Shown one piece after another: positions 12,332-24,982 of a DNA stretch of 64,000 nucleotides. Position numbers and translations under genes: made by a program. Under the pieces are notes generated by a model. The model was given only the letters and a program-made list of their open reading frames with translations, searched no databases and was not told the DNA's origin. How positions within the stretch are numbered: the first letter of the stretch is position 1; every line of letters starts with the position of its first letter. The DNA is from Macrostomum lignano (Eukaryota): assembly GCA_002269645.1 (NCBI GenBank), contig NIVC01000704.1, forward strand, positions 17,692-81,691. Direction: 5' to 3'.

Positions 12332-12918
12332 CCCTATTGGAATAAATGTTAAAAACCCGCGGACGCGCGCTTTAGAAAAGAGTCAAACTATTTTACCGCG
12401 CTTTAGGATTATTAAAGATGTTCCGAAAGATCTGCAGTTTCGTCGAAATAAAAATTCGCTAACTTTCCAAAATCAAAATTGAAATTTCCCGAAATCATAA
12501 TTCAGAAAAACAAAGTTTAGTATGATCAACACTCACTTTTTTACTTTCAATTTACTGCTTAAGCAAAAAGTAATACATGTATATGTAGTAGAAAGTAGTT
12601 TATTTTTAGCGACTTTTTAGACACTACCAAAATTTTCACTTCTAAATTTTTTTTCGAAATTGAAATTCGCTCTAAAAAATTTCAAATTTTGGAAATTGAA
12701 TTTTTGGAACATCTCTAAGCTTAATAAATTACGAGTATATAAGCCCCTTCAACAGAGGTATTATACCCATTTCCATGTATATGTATTTGCTAGAGCAGCA
12801 GCCAGTAAGAAAGGGCAGCGCGCGCGCAGGCCCTGCGCCTGTGCGCACGCTGCGCTTTAGAAAAATTTCAAAAGTGCGCCGGACACCGTCCGCGGTTTTA
12901 CAACTTTTTCCTATAGGG
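12332..12918. mobile_element. MITE with CCC...GGG termini and 8-bp TSD
   Basis: TIR CCCTAT(T/A)GGAA...CCGCGGACG; TSD CCAATGCT at 12324-12331 and 12919-12926; single-copy empty site at 52854-52861. Confidence 0.85.
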
Positions 12919-13329
12919 CCAATGCTTAGTAGAGGAACAATATACAAAAATTCATAATTGCAAAAAGCCAAAAAGAAATACACCAAAAGAACATTTATTG
13001 GCTATCTTGTAGAATCATTTCTTAAACTCACTATATACACATTTTTTAGCTATTGACATTGAACTTTTCTAAAATGAATATTTTTATTATGCCAATATTT
13101 TAGAAATGTTTTGGCATTAAAATTCCATTGTTAATCCTTAATTGAGATTAAGATTAATTGAAATTGAATCCATATTAGGGTAGAAGGTTGTCTGCTAGCT
13201 ATTTTTAAGTGGAAAGCACTTTATTTGCTATATTTGCAGCTTAGCATTTCTAACCTCAAAACCCTCTTTAAAGCCCCAGGGTTTGTAACTAATTTTGGCA
13301 CTGTTTTGCCAGTGAAATTAGTGCATAAA

Positions 13330-16029
13330 CTAGCAATCTTCGCCCCCCGTTGGGGGACATCTGTATAGAATCTGTGCTCTCTACAAGTAACAAAAAGATA
13401 GCCAAATAAAGCATTCACAAAGAGAACAGACAAAATACTTAAATGAAGTGCAATGCAAAAAGACAGCAAGCATCCCCCAGATAGCAAGCATCCCCCAGAT
13501 TGCAAGCATCCCCCGGATAGCAAGCATCCCCTAGATAGCAAGCATCCCCTAGATAGCAAGCATCCCCATGATAGCAAGCATCCCCCAGATAGCAAGCATC
13601 CCCCAGATAGCAAGCATCCCCCAGATAGCAAGCATCCCCCAGATAGCAAGCATCCCCCAGATAGCTAGCATCCCCCAGATAGCAAGCATCCCCAGATAGA
13701 TAGCATCCCCCAAATAGCAAGCATCCCCCAGATAGCAAGCATCCCCAAGGTAGCAAGCACCCCCCAGATAGCAAGCACCCCCCAGATAGCAAGGATCCCC
13801 CAGAAAGCAAGCATCCCCAAGATAGCAAGCTTCCCCCAGATAGCAAGCATCCCCCAGATAGCAAGCATCTTCCAGAGAGCAAGCTCCCCCAGATAGATAG
13901 CATCCCCAAATAGCAAGCATCCACCAGACAATAAGTAGCTAGTGCGACAATTTCCTTAGCATTATAGTGGCTCCTTTAAAATTCGCTTACTTTTACGTTT
14001 GAAATTGTGTATCTTTTATGTTTGGCATGGTGGCTCTTTAATGTTTGACATGATGGCTCTTTTATGTTGACATGGTGGCTCTTTTATACTTGACATGGTG
14101 GCTCTTTACTGTTCGAAATGGTGGCTCTTTTATGTTTGACATGGTGGCTCTTTTAGGTTTGACATGATGGCACTATTATGTTTTGACATAGTGGCTCTTT
14201 AATGTTTGACATGGTAGCTCTTAAATGTTTGACATGGTAGCTCTTAAATGTTTGACATGGTAGCTCTTTTATGTTTGACATGGTGGCTCTTTATTGTTTG
14301 ACATGGTGGCTCTTTAATGTTTAACCTGGTGGCTCTTTTATGTTTGACACGGTGGCTTTTATTGTCTGACATGGTGGCTCTTTTATGTTTTACATGGTGG
14401 CTCTTTATTGTTTGACATGGTGGCTCTTTAATGTTTAACCTGGTGGCTCCTTATGTTTGACACAGCGGCTCTTTTATGTTTGACATGGTGGCTCTTTAAT
14501 GTTTGACATGGTAGCTCTTAAATGTTTGACATGGTAGCTCTTAAATGTTTGACATGGTAGCTCTTAAATGTTTGACATGGTAGCTCTTAAATGTTTGACA
14601 TGGTAGCTCTTTTATGTTCAACATGGTGGCTCTTTATTGTTTGACATGGTGGCTCTTTAATGTTTAACCTGGTGGCTCTTTTATGTTTGACACGGTGGCT
14701 TTTAATGTCTGACATGATGGCACTTTTATGTTTTGACATAGTGGCTCTTTAATGTTTGACATGGTGGCTCTTAAATGTTTAACCTGGTGACTCTTTTATG
14801 TTTGACATGGCGGCTCTCTAATGTTTGACAAAGTGGCTATTTAATGTTCGAAATGGTGGCTCTTGAAAGTTTGACATAAAGTCACATATATGTTTGAGAT
14901 GGTGGCTCTTAAATGTTTGACATGGTGGCTCCTAAATGTTTGACATGGTGGCTCTTTACTGTTTGAAATGGTGGCTCTTTAATGTTCTACATGGTAACTC
15001 TTTTATGTTCGACATGGTGGCTTTTTAATGTCTGACATGGTGGCTCCCAAATGTTTGACACGGTGGCTCTTTAATGTTCTTCATGGTGGCTCTTTAATAT
15101 TCTACATGGTGGCTCTTTTATGTTTGATACGGTGGCTTTTTAATGTCTGACATGGTGGCTATTTTATGTTTGACATGGTGGCTCTTCTATGTTTAACATG
15201 GTGGCTCTTTTATGTTTGACACGGTGGCTCTTTAATGTTCGACAAAGTGGCTATTTGATGTTTGATATGGTGACACTTAAATGTTTGACATAAAGTCACA
15301 TAAATGTTAGACATGGTGGCTTTTTAATCGTTGACATGGAGTCACGTATATGTTTGACATAGTGCTTATTTTATGTTTGGCATGGTGGCTCTTTTATGTT
15401 TGACATGGTGGCTCTTCTATGTTTGACATTCCGCTTCTATTATGTTTAGCAGTTTTGTGTTTTTAAGGTGTTTTAATAAAAAAATCTTTTTGCACTACTA
15501 AGATTCAAACCCAGGTCGCTACATTAGCATTCCAGTCTGTTTGCATCTTGGCTATCTATTTTCAATTGGAGAACATGAATTGTGGCCCTTATAATTCAAT
15601 TCTTACAGCAAGTCAATTGGAGTAAAAAGTTATGACATAATCAATTTCTCAGTCAGCCAGTATCAGTCTCAATTTGAGTTAGCAATATGGTTACGCAATT
15701 TCATTCAAGTCGTGTGTGCATTTCTTCGGCACTGTTTTCAACTTGTTGTGATGCAATCTTTATCACAATCGGAATTCAGCCAGTCAGTTTTTTCTCTAGC
15801 ATTCTTACAATGAATTTTAGGTCGAAAGAGCTGCTTGACCTTTGCAAAAAAGCATGTTTTTCGAATATTTAATCCTTTTAACATTGAGAAATTTCTTAGC
15901 CAGGATGCATGTACCGTCCCAGGAAAATTTCCGATCGAATGGTGCAAGTCTGAAGAAAATTGGTTGAGCCATTTTTTCTGGAATCTATCTCACACATACA
16001 CACAGACATTTCATTTTTAGTATATAGGA
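13330..16029 (-). mobile_element. Non-autonomous Helitron 2 (family A)
   Basis: Minus strand 5' TCCTATATACTAAAAATG at 16029; GC hairpin then CTAG|T at 13330; 23-bp array 14025-15430; 18-bp array 13463-13928. Confidence 0.88.
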
Positions 16030-19000
16030 CTAGCAATCAGCGCCCCCCCGTTGGGGAGCCAAAAAAAATGCAGTACAAGTTTTTTTAATAAACTACATGT
16101 AAGCGTCTCTTTGCATTATACCTTGTAAGCCTTGACATGTCAGAAAATCCCCCCCACAAGCCTTAGCATATCAACCCCCTTGACATCTTAGCAATGCCCC
16201 ATAAGCCTTGCAATCTTAAAAAATCTGTCAACCTTCTAACCCTAACCCTAACCCTAAAGCATTGACATTTCAGTAATTCTCTCCAACAGTCATTATAGCA
16301 CTACAGCATTATAGCGATTCCCTGCAAGCCTCGACATCGTAGGGATTCCCAAATGAATCTCTTAACTTCGACATGAAGCTTCTTTTATTTTTTACATTAC
16401 ACTTTTTCTATCAGCAATCCCTCCCGTGAGGAGCCAACAAATAATGAAAAAAAGTTTTCAATAGAATACATGTAGCTTCTGACTTTAGCCTTGACATCTC
16501 ATTTATTCCCCCATGAGCCTTGACATCTCAGCTATTCCCCTGTAAGCCTTGACATGTCAGCAATGCCCCGCATAAACCTTGATATCTGAAAAATCCCCTG
16601 TTAACCTTGAAACCCGCTAAAATCTAACCCTCAACCCAAACCTGACCTAAACCTAACTTTAACCCAACCTATAAAAGCCTTGAAATCTCAGCAATTCTTC
16701 TCCCTAAGCCTTGACAATTTAGTGATTCTTTCTTCAAGAATCACAGCACTATAGCAATTCCCTCCAAGCCTTGACATTGTGGCAATTCCCAAATGAATCT
16801 TTTAACTTCGACATGACTCTTCTTTTATGTATACATAGTGCTTCTTTTCTTTTTTACATGACTCTTCTTCTATCAGCGCCCCCCCCCCGTGGCGAGCCAA
16901 CAAAGAATGTTATAAAAAAATTGAGTAAAGTACATGTACTTTGAAGTAGCTTCTGACTTTTGCTTTGACATCTCAGAAACCCCCCCGTAATCTCAGTTAT
17001 TCTCTGAGAGCCTTGACATCTTAGTAATTCTCCCCAGCACAGCACGATGGCTTCATTTAATTTTTACATGACACTTCTTTCATGTCTGACATTTTTTATT
17101 GTCACTTGATTTTTTATGTCAGTATGATTTTTTTACATGACGCTTTCATGATTGTTTACATGACGCTTCTATGATTTTTTATATGACGCTTCTATGATTT
17201 TTTACATGACGCTTCTATGACTTTTTCATGACGCTTCTATGATTTTTTACATGACGCTTCTTTGATTTTTTACATGACGCTCCTATGATTTTTTCATGAC
17301 GCTTCTATGATTGTTTACATGACACTTCTATGATTTTTTACATGACGCTTCTATGATATTTTACATGACGCTTCTATTATTGTTTACATGACGCTTATAT
17401 GATTTTTTATATGACGCTTATATGATTTTTTAAATGGCGCTTCTATGATTTTTTAACTGACGCTTTGATGATTTTTTACATGACGCTTTCATGATTGTTT
17501 ACATGGCGCTTCTATGATTTTTTACATGGCGCTTCTATGATTTTTTACATGACGCTTCTATGATTTTTTACATGACGCTTCTATGATTGTTTACACAACG
17601 CTTATATGATTTTTTACATGACGCTTCTATGATTTTTTCATGACGCTTCTATGATTTTTTACATGACGCTTCTATGATTTTTTCATGACGCTTCTATGAT
17701 TTTTTACATGACGCTTCTGCGATTGTTTACATGACGCTTCTATGATTTTTTACATGACGCTTCTGCGATTGTTTACATGACGCTTCTATAATTGTTTACA
17801 TGACGCTTATATGATTTTTTACATGACGCTTCTATGATTTCTCAAATGACGCTTCCATTAGTTTTTATATAAGGCTTCTATGATTTTTTACATGACGCTT
17901 CTATGATTGTTTACATGACGCTTCTATGATTGTTAGATGACGCTTCTATGATTGTTTACATGATGTTTTTATGATTGTTTACTTGACGCTTCTATGATTG
18001 TTTACATGACGCTTCTATGATTGTTTACATGACGCTTCTATGACTTTTCATGGCGCTTCTATGATTTTTTACATGACGCTTATATGATTTTTTACATGAC
18101 GCTTATATGATTGTTTACATGACGCTTCTATGATTGTTTATATGACGCTTCTATGCTTTTTTACATGACGCTTCTATGCTTTTGTACATGACGCTTATAT
18201 GATTGTTTACATGACGCTTCTATGATTGTTTATATGACGCTTCTATGCTTTTTTACATGACGCTTCTATGCTTTTGTACATGACGCTTATATGATTGTTT
18301 ACATGACGCTTCTATGATTGTTTACATGACGCTTCTATGATTTTTTACATGACGCTTCTTTGATTGTTTACATGACGCTTCTATGATTTTTTACATGACA
18401 CTTCTATGATTGTTTACATGACACTTCTATGATTTTTTACATGACGCTTCTTTGATTGTTTACATGACGCTTCTATGATTGTTTACATGACGCTTCTTTG
18501 ATTGTTTACATGACGCTTCTATGATTTTTTACATGACGCTTCTATGATTCTCTACATGAGGCTTCTATGATTTTTTACATGACGCTTCTATGATTCTCTA
18601 CATTACGCTTCTATGATTGTTTACACGACGCTTCTATGATTTTTTCATGACGCTTTCATGATTGTTTACATGACGCTTCTATGATTTTTTTACATGACAC
18701 TTTCATGATTGTTTACATGATGCTTCTATTATTTTTTACATGACGCTTCTATGACTTTTTCATGGCGCTTCTATGATTTTTTACATGACGCTTCTATAAT
18801 TATTTACATGACGCTTCTATGCTTTTTTACATGACGCTTATATGATTGTTTACACGTCACTTCTATGATTGTTTACATGACGCTTCTATGCTTTTTTACA
18901 TGACGCTTCTATGCTTTTGTACATGACGCTTATATGATTGTTTACATGACGCTTCTATGATTGTTTACATGACGCTTCTATGATTTTTTACATGACGCTT

Positions 19001-20133
19001 CTTTGATTTTTTACATGACGCTTCTATGATTTTTTCATGACGCTTCTATGATTGTTTACATGACGCTTCTATGATTTTTTACATGACGCTTCTATGATTT
19101 TTTACATGACGCTTCTTTGATTGTTTACATGACGCTTCTATGATTTTTTACATGACGCTTCTATGATTCTCTACATGAGGCTTCTATGATTTTTTACATG
19201 ACGCTTCTATGATTCTCTACATTACGCTTCTATGATTGTTTACACGACGCTTCTATAATTTTTTCATGACGCTTTCATGATTGTTTACATGACGCTTCTA
19301 TGATTTTTTACATGACGCTTCTATGATTTTTTACATGACGCTTCTATGATTTTTTCATGACGCTTTCATGATTTTTTACATGACGCTTCTATGATTGTTT
19401 ACATGACGCTTCTATGATTTTTACATGACGCTTCTATGATTGTTTACATGACGCTTTTATGATTTTTTACATGACGCTTCTATGATTTTTTACATGACAC
19501 TTCTATGATTGTTTACATGACACTCTTGTCCTTTATTTGTCCTTTAATATAAGCTTTTAATAAAAAAACTTTTCACTACCAAGATTCGAACCCAGGTCGC
19601 TGCATTTGCAGTCTAGTCTGTTCACATCTAGGCTAGCTCTTATCGTATTTATAAATGAAATTGTAGCACTTATATTATTCAACACTCACTCACGAAGCAG
19701 TTATGACATAATCAATTTCCCAGGCAAGTCAGTATCAGTCTCAATTAAAGTTGACAATATGGTTACCCAATCTAAATCACGTCTGGTGCTACGCTTCCAC
19801 ACTGCATTTTCAATACTGTGACGCAATTCAAGTCGGAGTTACAATTCATTTATGATGCAATCTATTTCAGAATCAGAATTCAACCAGTCAGTTTTTTCTC
19901 TAGCATTCTTACAATGCATTTCAAGTCGAAAAGTTTGCTTGACCTTTGCAAAAAAGCATGTTTTTCGAATATTTAATCGCTTTAACATGGAGCAATTTCT
20001 TAGCCAAGATGCATGTACCGTAACGGGAAAATTTCTGATCGAACAGTGCAAGTCTCATGAAAATCGGTTAAGCCATTTTTTCTCTAATCGATTACAAGCA
20101 AGCAAGCAAGATTTTCATTTTTAGTATATTGGA
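16030..20133 (-). mobile_element. Non-autonomous Helitron 3 (family B)
   Basis: 5' TCCAATATACTAAAAATG at 20133; hairpin CCCC-AAC-GGGG then CTAG abutting the TC of Helitron 2; 23-bp type 2 array; telomere-like repeats. Confidence 0.88.
17130..19525. repeat. 23-bp satellite array type 2 (CATGACGCTTCTATGATTTTTTA), ~100 units
   Basis: Read directly; shorter copy at 21370-21682. Confidence 0.95.
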
Positions 20134-23100
20134 CTAGCAATCTAGCGCCCCCCTTCGGGGTGGCCAATAAGCAAGGGACGAATCCTTTAAAATGAAAAAA
20201 AAATTCTTAGGGAGGGGGGCTAGGAATCGAATTCTCATTTTAATTCCAGGCTTATGTACCAATAAAACATGTTTGTGCAGAATTTTATAACAGACATTGA
20301 AATTCAACCATACTTGCCTTCTTTCAGAGCTACTTCTACCAGTATGCTTCAGTACGCTACCAGTACCCTTGCAAGCCTTGACATGTCAGCAATCCCCCCC
20401 CACAAGCCTTAACATATCAACTCCCCCCTTGACATCTCAGCGATGCTCCCATAAGCCTTGAAATCTTAAAAAATCTGTCTACTTTCTAACCCTAACCCTA
20501 ACCCTAACCCTAACCCTAACCCTAAAGCATTGAAATTTCAGTAATTCTCTCTAAGAGTCATTATAGCACTACTACAGCATTATAGCGATTCCCTGCAAGC
20601 CTCGACATCGTAGGGATTCCCAAATGAATCTCTTAACTTCGACATGAAGCTTCTTTTTTTTACATTACGCTTTTTCTATCAGCGATCCCTCCCGTGAGGA
20701 GCCAACAAATAATGTAATAACTTTTTTCCAATAAACTACATGTAGCTTCTGACATTAGCCTTGACATCTCATTTATTCCCCCGTGAGCCTTGACATCTCA
20801 GCTATAGATAGATAGATAGATAGATTCCCCTCGTAAGCCTTGACATGTCAGCGATGCCCCCCCATAAACCTTGAAATCTAAAAATCCCCTGTTAACCTTG
20901 AAACGCGCTAAAATCTAACCCTCAACCCAAACCTGACGTAAACCTAACTTTCACCCAACCTAAAGCCTTGAAATCACAGCAATTCTTCTTCCCTAAGCCT
21001 TGGCATTTAAGTGATTCCTTCTTTAAGAATCACAGCACTATAACGATTCCCTCCAAGCTTTGACATCGTAGCAATTCCCAAATGAATCTTTTAACTTTGA
21101 CATGACTTTTATTTTATGTATACATAGTGCTCCTTTTATTTTTACATGACTCTTCTTCTATCAGCGCCCCCCCACCGTGGCAAGCCAACAAAGAATGCAA
21201 TAAAAAAACTTAAGTAAAGTACATGTACTTTGAAGTAGCTTCTGACTTTTGCTTTAACATCTCAGAAACCCCCCTGTAATCTCAGTTATTCTCTGTGAGC
21301 CTTGACGTCTCAGTGATTCTCCCCAGCACAGCACTATAGCTTCATTTAATTTTTATGACACTTGTTTCATGTCTGACATGACGCTTCTTTTGATTTTTAC
21401 GTTACGCTTCTTTTATTCTTCCATGATGCTTCTTAATTTTTTAAATGACACACTTTCATTAGTTTTTATAGGAGGCTTCTATGATTTTTTCATGACGCTT
21501 CTATGTTAACATGACGCTTCTATGCTTGTTTACATGACGCTTCTATGATTGTTTACATGACGCTTCTATGATTGTTTACATGACGCTTGTATGATTGTTT
21601 ACATGACGCTTCTATGATTTTTTACATGACGCTTCTATGATTTTTACATGACGCTTCTATGATTTTTACATGACGCTTCCATAATTTTTTTTGTCTTGGC
21701 GTTAAAAAGCTTTAATTAAAAAAACTCTACTCTCTAAAAATTCGAACCATCGTCCCTGCATTTAGCAGTTTAGTCTGTTTACCTCTAGGCTAGCTCTCAT
21801 GAATTTTAGTCATTATCCCTAAATAGAAAATATTCCCAAGACAGCAAGCATCCCCCAGTAGCAAGCATCCCCTAATACTCCTAGCAAGCATCCACCCAGA
21901 TAGCAAGCATCTGCAGATAGCAAGCATCTGCAGATAGCAAGCATCTTGCAGATAGCAAGCATCTTGCAGATAGCAAGCATACCCCAAATAATGTAGAAGC
22001 ATCCTTCCAGATAGCAAGCATCCTGCACATAGCAAGAATCCCTAAATAGCAAGCATCCCTGGATAGAAATAATCCTATACATGTAGCCAAGCTTATCAAG
22101 CGCAGTAATCCTTGGCTATCGAGTGCAGTAATTCTTGGTTTGCCAAGTGCAGTAAGTAATCCTTGGTTTATTAATAGCAATAATCCATGGCTTATGAGTG
22201 CAGTAATCCTTGGTTTATTAATAGCAATAATCCTTGGCTTATCGAGTGCAGTAATCCTTGGTTTATTAATAGCAATAATCCTTGGCTTATCGAGTGCAGT
22301 AATCCTTGGTTTATTAATAGCAATAATCCATGCCTTATCGAGTGCAGTAATCCTTGGTTTATTAATAGCAATAATCCTTGGCTTATCGAGTGCAGTAATC
22401 CTTGGTTTATTAATAGCAATAATCCTTGGCTTATCGAGTGCAGTAATCCTTGGTTTGTTAATAGCAATAATCCTTGGCTTATCGAGTGCAGTAATCCTTG
22501 GTTTATTAATAGCAATAATCCATGCCTTATCGAGTGCAGTAATCCTTGGTTTATTAATAGCAATAATCCTTGGCTTATCGAGTGCAGTAATCCTTGGTTT
22601 ATTAATAGCAATAATCCTTGGCTTATCGAGTGCAGTAATCCTTGGTTTATTAATAGCAATAATCCTTGGCTTATCGAGTGCAGTAATCCTTGGTTTGCCA
22701 AGAGCAATAGTCCTTGGCTTATCGAGTGCAGTAATCCTTGGTTTGCCAAGAGCAATAGTCCTTGGTTTATTGAGTGCAGTAATCCTTGGTTTATTAATAG
22801 CAATAGTCCTTGGTTTATTGAGTGCAGTAATCCTTGGTTTATTAATAGCAATAATCCTTGGCTTATCGAGTGCAGTAATCCTTGGTTTGCCAAGTGCATA
22901 ATCCTTGGTTTATTAATAGCAATAATCCTTGGCTTATCGAGTGCAGTAATCCTTGGTTTATTAATAGCAATAATCCTTGGTTTATCGAGTGCATTAATCC
23001 TTGGTTTATTAATAGCAATAATCCTTGGCTTATCGAGTGCAGTAATCCTTGGTTTATTAATAGCAATAATCCTTGGCTTATCGAGTGCAGTAATCCTTGG

Positions 23101-24615
23101 TTTGCCAAGAGCAATAGTCCTTGGTTTTTTGAGTGCAGTAATCCTTGGTTTATTAATAGCAATAGTCCTTGGTTTATTGAGTGCAGTAATGCTTGGTTTA
23201 TTAATTAATAGCAATAATCCTTGGCTTATCGATTGCAGTAATCCTTGGTTTGCCAAGTGCATAATCCTTGGTTTATTAATAGCAATAATCCTTGGTTTAT
23301 CGAGTGCAGTAATCCTTAGTTTATTAATAGCAATAATCCTTGGCTTATCGAGTGCAGTAATCCTTGGTTTATTAATAGCAATAATCCATGGCTTATCGAG
23401 TGCAGTAATCCTTGGTTTGCCAAGAGCAATAGTCCTTGGCTTATCGAGTGCAGTAATCCTTGGTTTGCCAAGAGCAATAGTCCTTGGTTTATTGAGTGCA
23501 GTAATCCTTGGTTTATTAATAGCAATAATCCTTGGTTTATCGAGTGCAGTAATCCTTGGTTTATTAATAGCAATAATCCTTGGCTTATCGAGTGCAGTAA
23601 TCCTTGGTTTATTAATAGCAATAATCCATGGCTTATGAGTGCAGTAATCCTTGGTTTATTAATAGCAATAATCCTTGGCTTATCGAGTGCAGTAATTCAT
23701 GGTTTTTTAATAGCAATAATCCTTGGCTTATCGAGTGCAGTAATCCTTGGTTTATTAATAGCAATAATCCATGGCTTATCGAGTGCAGTAATCCTTGGTT
23801 TGCCAAGAGCAATAATCCTTGGCTTATCGAGTGCAGTATTCCTTGGTTTGCCAAGAGCAATAATCCTTAGCTTATCGAGTGCAGTAATCTAAGTGTTTTT
23901 ATTTAGTCCTTTAATAAAAGCTTTTAATAAAAAATTTTACACTACTACTTTTAAACTACTTAGATTCGAACCCAGGTCGCTGCATTAGCAGTCTGGTCTG
24001 CTCAGCTCTAGGCTAGCTCTCATCGAAGTTATCAGTGAATTTGTACCACTTATATAATTAATTCAACACTCACACCAAGTCAGGTAGAGTAAAAAGTCAC
24101 GCGAAGCAGTTATGACATAATCAATTTCTTAGGCAAGTCAGTACCAGTGTCTATGAAAGTTTACAATATGGTTACGTAATATAAATTCAGTACTGCACTA
24201 TACTTTCACCCTCAAAGCTGTGACGCAATTCAATTGAGTGTCAAATTCAGCCAGTACACAGACGATAAATAAAGTGTATTGTGATGCAATCTATTTCAGA
24301 ATCAGAATTCAACCAGTCAGATTTTTCTCTAGCATTCTTACAATGCATTTCAGGTCGAAAGAGCTGCTTGACCTTTGCAAAAAATCATGTTTTTCGAATA
24401 TTTAATCCCTTTAACATTGAGCAATTTATTAGCCAATATGCATGTACCGTCCCGGGAAAATTTCTGATCGAATGGTGCAAGTTTGAAGAAAATCGGTTGA
24501 GCCGTTCGGGAGAAAATCAATTACAAGCAAGCAACCAAGCATTTCATTTTTAGTATATTAGATTAGAGATTTAGTATATTTAGATTTATAGGATTAGAGA
24601 TTTAGTATATTTAGA
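20134..24615 (-). mobile_element. Chimeric non-autonomous Helitron 4
   Basis: CTAG at 20134-20137 with hairpin; three tandem 5'-end motifs at 24551-24615; carries 48-bp, 18-bp and 23-bp arrays and two tRNA-like motifs. Confidence 0.82.
22100..23889. repeat. 48-bp satellite made of two related 24-bp subunits
   Basis: ATCGAGTGCAGTAATCCTTGGTTT + ATTAATAGCAATAATCCTTGGCTT; variant subunit GCCAAGAGCAATAGTCCTTGG. Confidence 0.95.
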
Positions 24616-24982
24616 TTTAAAATTGCATTATTGTTAATTGCAATCAAAATGAGGAAAACCTAGAAATTGATGTAAAAGTGAGTTGCAACCTTCACAATAA
24701 AATTTAAATGCCAAAAATATTAACATAATGAAAATATTCATTTTTGAGAAGTTTAATATCAATAACTAAAAAAGTATATAAATAGTGAGTTTTACAAACA
24801 ATTTTGCAAGATAGCCCATCCATTTAAATAATTGTATTAATATTATTAAATTTGAATTTTATATCCATATGATATAGCAAATTTTGATAAAAATAGATAT
24901 AACTAAAGGGGGATTTAGAAAATGAAAATGATTAAAATTTTAGCAATATGAATAAAGGTGCCATGAATTTTATAAAGGCATA

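Noticed and set aside
11274-13931. GCLLSG/DACYLG/DSKHPP ORFs
   Set aside because: Translations of the 18-bp array.
17130-19525. CRISPR-like appearance of regular short repeats (also other arrays)
   Set aside because: Units are contiguous with no unique spacers, no cas genes, and the context is eukaryotic.
22140-23892. Long ORFs (253-483 aa) in several frames
   Set aside because: Translations of a stop-poor 48-bp satellite; periodic, with no unique content.
23958-24020. Functional tRNA-Ser gene
   Set aside because: No clear acceptor stem or long variable arm; reported only as tRNA-like.
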